64,000 bases of DNA from an uncultured Porphyromonadaceae bacterium (lineage in GTDB: Bacteria > Bacteroidota > Bacteroidia > Bacteroidales > Muribaculaceae). The stretch is from positions 9,702 through 73,701 of the forward strand of contig CAMTMX010000003.1 in assembly GCA_947073495.1 (NCBI GenBank), written 5' to 3'. The notes below the pieces were generated by a model. It saw only the letters and a list, made by a program, of their open reading frames with translations. It made no database searches and had not been told where the DNA came from. Of the stretch, positions 36,988 to 46,128 are shown in pieces. Position 1 is the first letter of the stretch. Each line of letters opens with the position of its first letter. The translations under genes and the position numbers were made by a program.

Positions 36988-36995
36988 TAATTTTG
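36988..36995 (+). promoter_or_regulatory. Bacteroides-type -7 box TAATTTTG at the head of the 24-gene operon
   Basis: TAnnTTTG match 47 nt upstream of the ATG at 37042; followed by the 9-bp-stem hairpin ttaaggtta...taaccttaa. Confidence 0.45.
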
Positions 36996-37041
36996 CATTT
37001 AAGGTTATGGACTAACCTTAAATGCGGCTCATTTAGACTTT

Positions 37042-38565
37042 ATGACAATACAAGAGATATACGACATATTATTCAACAATAAGAATCTTTCAATTTCTGA
37101 GCCAGAGATTAAAGCTGTTGAAGACTGCCATAGTTTCCTGAGGAATTTTGTGGCAGATAAAGTCATATACGGCATTAACACCGGCTTCGGTCCGATGGCA
37201 CAGTGGCGTGTCGATGACAATCATTTGAAAGAACTACAATATAATATAATACGCAGTCATGCGACGGGAGCTGGAGAGCCACTCTCTTACATAGAAGTTA
37301 AATCGGCTATGATAGCCAGAATTGGGACTTTCTTGCAAGCTCGGTCAGGCATAAATCCCAGCGTAATATTTTTATTGCAGGAATTTGTGAATAGAGGAAT
37401 ATATCCTTTTATTCCTCAGCATGGTAGTGTAGGTGCAAGCGGTGATCTTGTGCAACTTGCGCACATTGCACTATGCCTTATAGGAGAAGGCATAGTTTAT
37501 TATAACGGCGAGTGGCATCCAACGGCAGAGGTCCTTAATGAACAGGGGCTTCAGCCTATGGAAATATATATTCGAGAAGGGTTATCCGTGACAAATGGAA
37601 CCTCCGTGATGACAGGCATATCTATTGTAAATCAATATTACGCCGAAAATTTGCTTAAATACGCTACAATCGCGGGGGCATGGCTCAATGAAATAGCAGA
37701 TTCTTTTGATGATTATATGTCTGTGGCGGAGAATATTTGTCGTCGTCAACATGGGCAGCAAATAATAGCACGTTGGCTTCGTGAAGTCAGCGATGGCAGC
37801 AAGCACCTCCAGAAGAGAGAGCATGAACTTTATGACCCTAAAAAGAATAAAGATACCTATTTCGAGCACAAGGTTCAGGCATATTATTCTCTTCGTTGCC
37901 TTCCGCAGATATATGGCCCCATCTACGATACTCTAAAAAACACAGCCGAGATATTGCAGAATGAAGTAAATTCTGCATGCGATAATCCCATTGTGGATTA
38001 TACCACTAAGAATATCTATCATGGTGGTAACTTCCATGGTGATTATATCTCCCTTGAGGCAGATAAAGTCAAAATTGCAATGGTCCGTCTTGCAATGACC
38101 GCAGAGCGTCAGTTAAACTATCTGTTCCATGATAGAATCAATGGAATACTGCCTCCATTCTTGAATATGGGCGTTCTTGGACTTAATTATGGTATGCAAG
38201 CATGTCAGTTTACGGCAACATCAACTACCGCTGAATGCCAAACACTTGCCATGCCGAATTACATTCACAGTATTCCAAACAATAACGACAATCAAGATAT
38301 TGTCAGCATGGGGACAAATAGTGCTTTGCTCTGCAAAAGAGTGATTGACAACGCTTATCAGGTAATGTCAATTTTATACATCGCTCTTGCGCAAGCTACT
38401 GATTGCCTTAATCTTGCTGAAAAATTGTCTCCTAAGGCAAAAGATCAATACACCGCAATACGTGCAATATGTCCCAAATTCGTAGAAGACACTCCATTCT
38501 ATGATGAGATTGCGAAGACAGAAGACTATTTACGAACTAACATTATCCAATACTTGAACTCATGA
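37042..38565 (+). CDS. MIO-dependent aromatic amino-acid ammonia-lyase (HAL/TAL/PAL family; substrate unresolved)
   Basis: YGINTGFGPMA, MIO-forming GSVGASGDL, YSLRC, HGGNFHG, NQDIVSMG. Confidence 0.92.
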   Translation: MTIQEIYDILFNNKNLSISEPEIKAVEDCHSFLRNFVADKVIYGINTGFGPMAQWRVDDNHLKELQYNIIRSHATGAGEPLSYIEVKSAMIARIGTFLQARSGINPSVIFLLQEFVNRGIYPFIPQHGSVGASGDLVQLAHIALCLIGEGIVYYNGEWHPTAEVLNEQGLQPMEIYIREGLSVTNGTSVMTGISIVNQYYAENLLKYATIAGAWLNEIADSFDDYMSVAENICRRQHGQQIIARWLREVSDGSKHLQKREHELYDPKKNKDTYFEHKVQAYYSLRCLPQIYGPIYDTLKNTAEILQNEVNSACDNPIVDYTTKNIYHGGNFHGDYISLEADKVKIAMVRLAMTAERQLNYLFHDRINGILPPFLNMGVLGLNYGMQACQFTATSTTAECQTLAMPNYIHSIPNNNDNQDIVSMGTNSALLCKRVIDNAYQVMSILYIALAQATDCLNLAEKLSPKAKDQYTAIRAICPKFVEDTPFYDEIAKTEDYLRTNIIQYLNS

Positions 38566-39287
38566 ATTACGCTTTAGTAACAGGCGGTTCTCGCGGTCTT
38601 GGAGCTGCAATATGCAAAAGACTTGCACAGCAAGGACTTGGCATAATCATCAACTATCGGTCTAATGAATCGGCAGCTAAAGCGGTTGCAGATGAAATTA
38701 TCGGGAATGGAGGTTGTGCAAGCCTCCTACCATTTGATGTAAGCTCCGAGAAATCAGTAGATACAGCTCTCGAAAAATGGGAAGACGAACATCCCGATGA
38801 CAGGATTACAGTCCTTGTCAACAACGCTGGAATTAGAGAGGACAACCTTCTCATTTTTATGCAATCTCAACAATGGCATAACGTAATCGGCACAACTCTC
38901 GACGGCTTTTTCTACGTGACAAGGCGCGTTCTTAAAGGCATGCTGACCAAACGCTTTGGCCGTATAATCAATATAGCATCTTTATCCGGTCTTAAAGGGT
39001 TACCCGGTCAGTCAAACTATTCTGCAGCTAAGGCTGCACTTATCGGAGCGACAAAGGCACTTGCTCAAGAAGTCGCTCCGCGTAAGGTTACGGTTAACGC
39101 TGTCGCCCCCGGTTTTATTAAATCTGATATGACAAAAGATTTGGATGAATCGACATTAAAGAAACAGGTGCCACTTGGCCGATTTGGAGAACCTCAAGAA
39201 GTTGCGGCACTTGTTGCATTCCTTGCATCAAATGATTCTGCCTATATTACTGGAGAAACAATATCTATAAATGGAGGACTATACTAA
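38562..39287 (+). CDS. 3-oxoacyl-ACP reductase (SDR, FabG-like)
   Basis: TGGSRGLG cofactor motif, NNAG, catalytic Y-x3-K in YSAAKAA. Confidence 0.9.
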   Translation: MNYALVTGGSRGLGAAICKRLAQQGLGIIINYRSNESAAKAVADEIIGNGGCASLLPFDVSSEKSVDTALEKWEDEHPDDRITVLVNNAGIREDNLLIFMQSQQWHNVIGTTLDGFFYVTRRVLKGMLTKRFGRIINIASLSGLKGLPGQSNYSAAKAALIGATKALAQEVAPRKVTVNAVAPGFIKSDMTKDLDESTLKKQVPLGRFGEPQEVAALVAFLASNDSAYITGETISINGGLY

Positions 39288-40507
39288 TGGGTAGAAGAGT
39301 TGTTATCACGGGGATGGGAATATGGTCCTGTATTGGAGAAAATATCGAACAAGTAAAAGAATCACTCTATCTTGGTAAATCTGGGATAGGAGTTGATAAC
39401 ATCCGATTAGAATACGGTTATCGTTCCGGATTGACAGGGCTTGTTAATCGCCCTAAACTTAAAGGTGTTCTTGACCGTCGTCAGCGCATATCGCTTTCGG
39501 AAGAAGCTGAATATGCTTTCATGGCAGCAAAAGAGGCATTTGACAATGCCAAGATTGATGAAGAATATCTTACAAACAACGAAGTTGGAATCATTTTTGG
39601 TAATGACTCTTCCGCCAAGGCTGTAGTGGAAGCTAATGAGGTAATGAGAGAGAAGAAAGATTCTGCTCTTATCGGTTCGGGGTCTATTTTTCAGTCAATG
39701 AATTCGACTGTCAATATGAATCTTAGCACAATCTTTCATCTAAGAGGTATAAATCTTACGGTCAGTGCTGCTTGTGCAAGTGGTTCACACTCAATCGGTC
39801 TGGCATACCTTTTAATTAAACAGGGGCTTCAAGACTTGATATTGGCTGGTGGTGCTCAGGAAACAAATCATTATTCCATGTCGTCTTTTGATGCGCTCGG
39901 AACGTTCTCAACAAGAATGGATTGTCCGGAGAAAGCATCTCGTCCATTCGACAAAGATAGAGATGGTCTTATTCCCAGTGGTGGTGCAGCGGCTCTTATT
40001 CTTGAAGACTACGAACATGCTGTTGCAAGAGGAGCCAATATTCTATGTGAAGTTGTAGGTTATGGATTTTCATCAAATGGAGCCGGTATCTCTCAGCCAA
40101 GCGAAGAAGGGTCTTTTATTGCAATGCAACGCGCAATAGATGATGCCGGAATAGGACCTGATGATATAGATTATGTGAATGCACATGCAACCTCTACTCC
40201 GCAGGGAGATATGTATGAGGCGTTGGCACTTGACAGGCTCTTCAATGGAAAAAAGGCACTGATTAGTTCGACAAAATCCATGACCGGACATGAGTGCTGG
40301 ATGGCCGGTGCCAGTGAAATAGTGTATAGTCTGATAATGATGCAAAATAACTTTGTTGCACCCAATATTAATATCAACGAGCCATGTGATGCAGCAAAGA
40401 ATTTAAATCTCGCTCGGACAACTCAAGATTTGCCGATTAGCACTGTACTTTCCAATTCTTTTGGATTTGGAGGGACAAACAGTGCATTGGTAATAAGAAA
40501 ATTATAA
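39287..40507 (+). CDS. Beta-ketoacyl-ACP synthase (Cys-His-His type)
   Basis: Active-site contexts SAACASGSH, NAHATSTPQGD, MTGHECWMAG. Confidence 0.9.
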   Translation: MGRRVVITGMGIWSCIGENIEQVKESLYLGKSGIGVDNIRLEYGYRSGLTGLVNRPKLKGVLDRRQRISLSEEAEYAFMAAKEAFDNAKIDEEYLTNNEVGIIFGNDSSAKAVVEANEVMREKKDSALIGSGSIFQSMNSTVNMNLSTIFHLRGINLTVSAACASGSHSIGLAYLLIKQGLQDLILAGGAQETNHYSMSSFDALGTFSTRMDCPEKASRPFDKDRDGLIPSGGAAALILEDYEHAVARGANILCEVVGYGFSSNGAGISQPSEEGSFIAMQRAIDDAGIGPDDIDYVNAHATSTPQGDMYEALALDRLFNGKKALISSTKSMTGHECWMAGASEIVYSLIMMQNNFVAPNININEPCDAAKNLNLARTTQDLPISTVLSNSFGFGGTNSALVIRKL

Positions 40508-40516
40508 AATAATCAA

Positions 40517-41044
40517 ATGAAATATAAATTCTCACTTTTGGCTATGCTGGCTGTTTTCTCCCTACCAGTATTCGCCGGGACCAAAATGGTATTTGGTACC
40601 ATTGATCAACTGAAAGGAGAAAAGAATATTCCAGTGACTTTAAACTGGGAAGAGGCAGTATATGCTAAAGTCGGAGATCTTGAAGACTTTCTCCTTAAGG
40701 CTGAAAGAAGTGACAATTGGGAAAGCCAGTCTCTTGCTTATTTTCTAAGAAAGGTTAACGACAAAGTTGGTGAATATGGCATCCGCGTAGTTTCTGCTGA
40801 TAAGGGAGATAACTCCAATTTCAGAATTGAGATTGTTCCTCAAACAATCTCGAAAGGTAGTGACATTACAGGAGAAATACTACTTCTACCGGCTGAAGGC
40901 AATGAACCAATAGCGTCTATATCATTCTCGTCAGACGAAAGGGATGATAACGATAAGATAGCTTTCAGGGATCAATTACAGAGTATCGGAGAAAGTTTCG
41001 GAAAGCTGCTAAAGAAACAGATAAAGCAAGCGAATAAGAAATAA
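40517..41044 (+). CDS. Hypothetical exported protein
   Basis: Signal peptide MKYKFSLLAMLAVFSLPVFAG; no recognisable motif; embedded in the operon. Confidence 0.55.
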   Translation: MKYKFSLLAMLAVFSLPVFAGTKMVFGTIDQLKGEKNIPVTLNWEEAVYAKVGDLEDFLLKAERSDNWESQSLAYFLRKVNDKVGEYGIRVVSADKGDNSNFRIEIVPQTISKGSDITGEILLLPAEGNEPIASISFSSDERDDNDKIAFRDQLQSIGESFGKLLKKQIKQANKK

Positions 41045-41064
41045 GCCGCATTAAAAATCTACAG

Positions 41065-42162
41065 ATGAATCTGTTTCCAGACTTAAAAAAGAAATATACA
41101 AAGGAAAGTCTTTCTGCAAGAGAGGCTCAACGCCTTGCTGAGTTCATTGCGTTTGGTCCGGTTATTTTCCAGACAGCTCGAATAATGTCTAAGTGGGGAA
41201 TCCTTGAAATGCTTCGAAACCGCAATGGAGGCATGACCATAGAAGAAATAGCAAAGGAAACTGCTATTTCTACATATGCAGCTAAATGCTTGCTAGAAGC
41301 AAGTCTCTGTATCGGCATAGTTCTTATTGACGACAAGACAAATCGGTTTACATTATCAAAAACAGGATGGTTCCTGATTAACGATCCTGCTACAAAGGTA
41401 AATATTGACTTTAATCATGATGTTAACTACCTTGGATGGTTCAACCTTGAAGAATCATTACGAAAGGGTAAACCTGAAGGATTAAAGACTCTGGGTGATT
41501 GGCCAACAGTCTATGAAGGCTTATCATCTTTGCCTAAGCATATTCAAGACAGCTGGTTCGGCTTTGACCATTTTTATTCTGACAATTCGTTTGATCAAGC
41601 TTTGGAAATTGTATTCGGATATAAACCGAGAACCTTGTTAGACGTAGGTGGCAACACCGGTCGTTGGGCATTAAGGTGTGTCGAATACAATAAAAATGTT
41701 AGTGTAACAATACTTGATTTGCCTCAGCAGATTTGCATGATGAAAGAAAACATCAAAGACAAAAAAGGGGCTGAACGTATTGATGGACTTGGAGTTGATT
41801 TACTTGATGAAGCTGCTCCAATGCCCACTGACAGGAAGTTCGATGTGATATGGATGAGCCAGTTTCTTGATTGCTTCAGCGAAGAACAGATTGTAAGCAT
41901 TTTGAAACGTGCGACCAAGGTTATGAACGAAGAATCTCGGCTCTTCATTATGGAGACTTTTTGGGATAGACAGCGTTTTGAACCAGCCGCTTTATGTCTG
42001 ACTTTAACAAGTCTCTATTTTACTGCAATAGCAAATGGGAATAGTAAAATGTACCATTCTGAAGACATGGAACGGCTTATAAATGAAGCTGGAATTGTCA
42101 TTGAAACCACTCATGACCACCTTGGTCATGGGCATAGTATCATAGTTTGTAAATTAAAATAA
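41065..42162 (+). CDS. Class I SAM-dependent methyltransferase (O-methyltransferase-like, with N-terminal wHTH dimerisation domain)
   Basis: Motif I LLDVGGNTGRW; acidic loop ILDLP; length and architecture of family-2 O-methyltransferases. Confidence 0.8.
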   Translation: MNLFPDLKKKYTKESLSAREAQRLAEFIAFGPVIFQTARIMSKWGILEMLRNRNGGMTIEEIAKETAISTYAAKCLLEASLCIGIVLIDDKTNRFTLSKTGWFLINDPATKVNIDFNHDVNYLGWFNLEESLRKGKPEGLKTLGDWPTVYEGLSSLPKHIQDSWFGFDHFYSDNSFDQALEIVFGYKPRTLLDVGGNTGRWALRCVEYNKNVSVTILDLPQQICMMKENIKDKKGAERIDGLGVDLLDEAAPMPTDRKFDVIWMSQFLDCFSEEQIVSILKRATKVMNEESRLFIMETFWDRQRFEPAALCLTLTSLYFTAIANGNSKMYHSEDMERLINEAGIVIETTHDHLGHGHSIIVCKLK

Positions 42163-42178
42163 CTTAATTATCACAGAA

Positions 42179-42427
42179 ATGGAACGTAACGAAATAGAAG
42201 AAAAAGTACATGATTTCCTCATCGAGGATTTAGAGGTAGATGAAGATCGCATCTACCCTGAGGCACGTCTTAAAGATGATGTCGGCATTGACAGCCTCGA
42301 CTTCGTTGACATAGTTGTCATCGTAGAGAAAACCTTCGGATTTAAAATCAAACCCGAGGAGATGGCTGGAGTAATAACCCTTAATGACTTCTATAATTAC
42401 ATAGAAAACAAAGTCAATAGCATTTAA
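42179..42427 (+). CDS. Acyl carrier protein
   Basis: 82 aa, acidic, phosphopantetheine site GIDSLDFVD. Confidence 0.88.
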   Translation: MERNEIEEKVHDFLIEDLEVDEDRIYPEARLKDDVGIDSLDFVDIVVIVEKTFGFKIKPEEMAGVITLNDFYNYIENKVNSI

Positions 42428-42438
42428 TACGCCAAGTT

Positions 42439-43344
42439 GTGAGCGAGTTGAAACACGATAAGTGGGTTGGAACTACCTACGGGAACAACTGGATGCATCG
42501 GTGGCTCATCAAAATGTTGAGAGTCATCGATGTTAGGCTAATATATGCTTTTGCATCTGTTTTTGTTGTGCCTCCTACTATGATCATTAACTCGTTGGCA
42601 CGCAATGCAATGTATAAGTTCTATCGTAAGGCTTTTGGTTATGGTAAAATGAAGTCTTTATGGATGACTTATAGAAATCATTGTGAATTCGCCCAGGTAG
42701 TAATAGATCGCTTCGCTATGTATGCCGGAAAGAAATTTTCTTTTGACATAGATGGATATGATATTTTCGATTCATTATCAAAGCAGTCTTCTGGATTTAT
42801 TCAGTTAAGTTCACACATTGGCAATTATGAGATAGCCGGGTATTCACTTGTGGCAAGAGACAAAAGATTCAATGCTATGGTTTTCGGCGGTGAGAAAGAG
42901 AGTGTTATGAAGAATCGAAGTAAAATGTTTGATTCTAATAACATTCGGATGATTGCTATGCAAACAGACATGTCTCATCTCTTTATTGTAGATGAAGCAT
43001 TGACTAATGGAGAGATAATCAGTATGCCTGCCGATAGAGTGTTTGGTTCTCAAAAGTCTTTTGAGATAAGTTTCTTCGGAAGGAAAGCAAAATTCCCTCA
43101 AGGACCGTTTGTTCTTGCGGCTTTAAGAAATGCACCTATGCTATTTGCTTCTGTCATGAAGACGGGATTACTGCGATATAAGATAACCGTCAGAAAGATT
43201 GAAACAGATTTAGAAGGCAATTCTCGAGTAAGAGCTAAGAGCTACGCTTCGCGCTATGTCTCTTTCCTTGAAGAAACAGTGAAAAGGTATCCAACACAGT
43301 GGTATAACTATTTCGATTTCTGGATTTCAGATGGAACTGAGTAA
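42439..43344 (+). CDS. LpxL/HtrB-type lysophospholipid (late lipid A-like) acyltransferase
   Basis: SSHIGNYE matches the H-x-G-N-W/Y-E catalytic motif of LpxL-type acyltransferases. The annotated start is GTG, so it is uncertain. Confidence 0.7.
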   Translation: MSELKHDKWVGTTYGNNWMHRWLIKMLRVIDVRLIYAFASVFVVPPTMIINSLARNAMYKFYRKAFGYGKMKSLWMTYRNHCEFAQVVIDRFAMYAGKKFSFDIDGYDIFDSLSKQSSGFIQLSSHIGNYEIAGYSLVARDKRFNAMVFGGEKESVMKNRSKMFDSNNIRMIAMQTDMSHLFIVDEALTNGEIISMPADRVFGSQKSFEISFFGRKAKFPQGPFVLAALRNAPMLFASVMKTGLLRYKITVRKIETDLEGNSRVRAKSYASRYVSFLEETVKRYPTQWYNYFDFWISDGTE

Positions 43345-43768
43345 TATTGATATTCATGGATTACTGCCACAACAGGAACCATTTATAATGGTCGGGAAAC
43401 TTGTGTCATTTGACATGGGGAAAACTGTCACGCAGACTCTTATAACAGAAAAGAATATATTTGTTGAAGACGGCGTATTTGCTGCCCCAGGTCTTATTGA
43501 AAACATTGCTCAGACCTGTGCAACACGCATTGGTTATATCAATAAATATATTATTAAGAAAGAAATTCAGCTCGGATTCATCGGTGCCATAAGAAATCTC
43601 AAATTGCATCGCTGTCCCAAAGTTGGGGAATTAATTGAGACCACAATCATTACTGAAGAGGAAGTTTTTGGTATGACACTCGTTTCGGCAACGATTATGG
43701 TTGCGGATGAATTAATTGCAGAGTCTTCAATGAAGATTGCTGTCAGAGATGCCGGATCGAATAAATAG
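43331..43768 (+). CDS. Hotdog-fold dehydratase (FabZ/ApeI-like)
   Basis: LLPQQEPFIMVGKL resembles the FabZ LLPHRYPFLLVD N-terminal motif; 145 aa. Confidence 0.65.
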   Translation: MELSNIDIHGLLPQQEPFIMVGKLVSFDMGKTVTQTLITEKNIFVEDGVFAAPGLIENIAQTCATRIGYINKYIIKKEIQLGFIGAIRNLKLHRCPKVGELIETTIITEEEVFGMTLVSATIMVADELIAESSMKIAVRDAGSNK

Positions 43769-43770
43769 GA

Positions 43771-44196
43771 ATGTTTATGAACACTTTGTCAGCATCTGCA
43801 CAATTTGAAATTCGGTTTAGTGAAGTCGATTCTATGAACATCGTTTGGCATGGCTCATATCCTCTTTATTTTGAAGATGCAAGAGAAGCATTTGGCAAAA
43901 AATACGGGCTTGGATACATGACTATTTTTTCTAATGGTTATTATGCGCCATTAGTTGAAATGTCATTTAAGTATAAAAAGCCCCTCGTATATGAATCGAA
44001 GCCCACAATTATAATAACATATATTCCGACTGAATCTGCTAAGATCGTTTTTGAATATCAGATTATTGACGAGACTGACGGCTCTGTTTATGCAACTGGA
44101 CGGACAGTACAGGTTTTTACCGACAGAAATAACGAACTGGTTTGGGATAATCCTCCTTTTTATAAAGACTGGAAAGAGCAATGGAAGGTGTTATGA
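43771..44196 (+). CDS. 4HBT/YbgC-type hotdog thioesterase
   Basis: RFSEVDSMNIVWHGSYPLYFEDAREAF is typical of 4HBT thioesterases. Confidence 0.8.
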   Translation: MFMNTLSASAQFEIRFSEVDSMNIVWHGSYPLYFEDAREAFGKKYGLGYMTIFSNGYYAPLVEMSFKYKKPLVYESKPTIIITYIPTESAKIVFEYQIIDETDGSVYATGRTVQVFTDRNNELVWDNPPFYKDWKEQWKVL

Positions 44197-45329
44197 TTAC
44201 AAAAATTGCGGATAATATAATATCTCCATTGGGCTGTACGTCTGAAGAAAACTTCAAAGCTGTACTTTCTGGAGAAACTGAGTTAAAGAAACATGAGGGC
44301 ACTTTCGGCCTTCCAGAGCCTTTCTGCGCCTCATTGTTTAACCGGGATGATATTAACAAGCAACTTGATTACGAACTTCGAAGTGTCGGTAATCTAACCT
44401 TTTTTGAGAAACTTTGCGTTCTTTCAGCCAAAAGAGCTATCGAAGAATGTAATCTTTCGCCCCGAGAGACAAATGTTATTTTCATACTTTCGACAACCAA
44501 AGGAAATGTTGAATTTTTGGAACACAATCTTTCTGACCAAAGATGCTATCTTGCTGAATCCGCAATTAAAATAGCTAAATATTTTGGCAACAACAATTCT
44601 CCACTGGTAGTATCGAATGCCTGCATTTCTGGCGTTTGTGCTCAGATTACAGCCATTAGAGAGCTCCTGAGTGGTAAGTATCGTTATGCGGTAGTAATAG
44701 GAGGTGATGTCCTTTCTAAATTCATTGTCTCAGGTTTTCAATCTTTCAAAGCATTAAGTCCGGAACAGTGCAAACCTTATGATAAGGATCGGATTGGACT
44801 TAATCTTGGAGAGGCAGTTGGTACTATGATTTTTAAAGCAGGAAAACCTTCCAATGAAGGGTATTGGAGATATGTCGCATGTTCCATTCATAATGATGCA
44901 AATCATATATCCGGGCCATCTCGTACCGGAGAAGGCTCATTCCGAGTTCTTTCTGATATCTTGAAGAATATTGGTATTGATGAAATTGGATTTGTCAATG
45001 TTCACGGCACTTCTACGGCCTATAATGACGAGATGGAATCTATTGCTCTTCATCGAGCCAATCTTGACAATGTTCCTATCAATGGATTAAAAGGATATTA
45101 TGGGCATACGTTAGGTGCTGCCGGTATCATTGAGACTATATTGTCCATGAAAGCTATTGAAAACGGTGTGATTCTTCCGACTAAAGGCTTTGGGACTATC
45201 GGCACATCCTATAATGTCAACATCTCAAATCAGGTGAGAAAAACTGATAAGTCTGCCTTCGTTAAAATTTTATCAGGATTCGGAGGGTCTAATGCCGGTA
45301 TTTCTTATCAGAAAGGAGGTAAGGCATGA
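44181..45329 (+). CDS. Beta-ketoacyl synthase (Cys-His-His type)
   Basis: SNACISGV, NVHGTSTAYND, YYGHTLGAAG. Confidence 0.88.
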   Translation: MEGVMITKIADNIISPLGCTSEENFKAVLSGETELKKHEGTFGLPEPFCASLFNRDDINKQLDYELRSVGNLTFFEKLCVLSAKRAIEECNLSPRETNVIFILSTTKGNVEFLEHNLSDQRCYLAESAIKIAKYFGNNNSPLVVSNACISGVCAQITAIRELLSGKYRYAVVIGGDVLSKFIVSGFQSFKALSPEQCKPYDKDRIGLNLGEAVGTMIFKAGKPSNEGYWRYVACSIHNDANHISGPSRTGEGSFRVLSDILKNIGIDEIGFVNVHGTSTAYNDEMESIALHRANLDNVPINGLKGYYGHTLGAAGIIETILSMKAIENGVILPTKGFGTIGTSYNVNISNQVRKTDKSAFVKILSGFGGSNAGISYQKGGKA

Positions 45330-45853
45330 TTACATTAGCCCATATTCGTATTACACCGTCTGAAACTTGGCTTAACGGTAAAGTCGTATCCAATTCAAAC
45401 ATAAATGGAATCTATCGCGAATTCATCGGCGATTATCCAAAATTTTTCAAAATGGATTCATTATGTAAATTGGGATTTATAGCTGCCGAGTTGATATTGA
45501 AAGGACAGACTCCGGAACTAAAAGAAAATGCTTCAATAATTCTCTTCAATCGTAATGGGTCGCTCATTACGGACAGGAATTATCAGATGACAATTGCTGA
45601 CGACCACTTTTTCCCGAGCCCGGCACTGTTTGTCTATACGTTAGCTAATATTGTAACCGGAGAGATCGCTATAAGACATAAAATATATGGTGAATCTTCA
45701 TTTTATGTATTGCCTCATCAAGATGATGAAATGATAAATGATGTAGTGAATAAAGCATATCTCACATCCAATCCATCTTTCATATTAACCGGATGGGTCG
45801 ATTATGACGATGATGACAATTACGTCGCTGACATAAAATTAGTAACAAAATAA
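45326..45853 (+). CDS. Small KS-associated partner protein (chain-length-factor-like; no catalytic triad seen)
   Basis: 175 aa, translationally coupled (4-nt overlap) to the preceding KS. I found no Cys-His-His contexts. The position matches the small partner in ape-type clusters. Confidence 0.5.
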   Translation: MITLAHIRITPSETWLNGKVVSNSNINGIYREFIGDYPKFFKMDSLCKLGFIAAELILKGQTPELKENASIILFNRNGSLITDRNYQMTIADDHFFPSPALFVYTLANIVTGEIAIRHKIYGESSFYVLPHQDDEMINDVVNKAYLTSNPSFILTGWVDYDDDDNYVADIKLVTK

Positions 45854-45869
45854 ATATACAATAAAAGAT

Positions 45870-46127
45870 ATGGAAAACTTAATTTTACAACTGAAAAATC
45901 AGATCATCGAAGTTCTCAACCTTGAGGACATGACGGCAGAGGACATTGACGCAGAGGCTCCCCTCTTTGGTGATGGACTTGGACTGGACTCAATCGACGC
46001 ACTTGAACTTATCGTTCTTTTAGAACGTGAGTATGGCATCAAACTGTCAAATCCTGCTGAGGGAAAGCAAATTTTCAAGTCTATCTCCTCGATTGCATAT
46101 TTCGTTAGCAAAAATCGCAAGAAATAA
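45870..46127 (+). CDS. Acyl carrier protein
   Basis: 85 aa; GLGLDSIDALEL phosphopantetheine site. Confidence 0.88.
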   Translation: MENLILQLKNQIIEVLNLEDMTAEDIDAEAPLFGDGLGLDSIDALELIVLLEREYGIKLSNPAEGKQIFKSISSIAYFVSKNRKK

Positions 46128-46128
46128 A

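Noticed and set aside
46027-46128. Longer 439-aa form of the third ketosynthase
   Set aside because: The extension overlaps the ACP gene in another frame and has no KS-like sequence. The ATG at 46129 gives the canonical MADKVFVTGAG start, 1 nt after the ACP stop.
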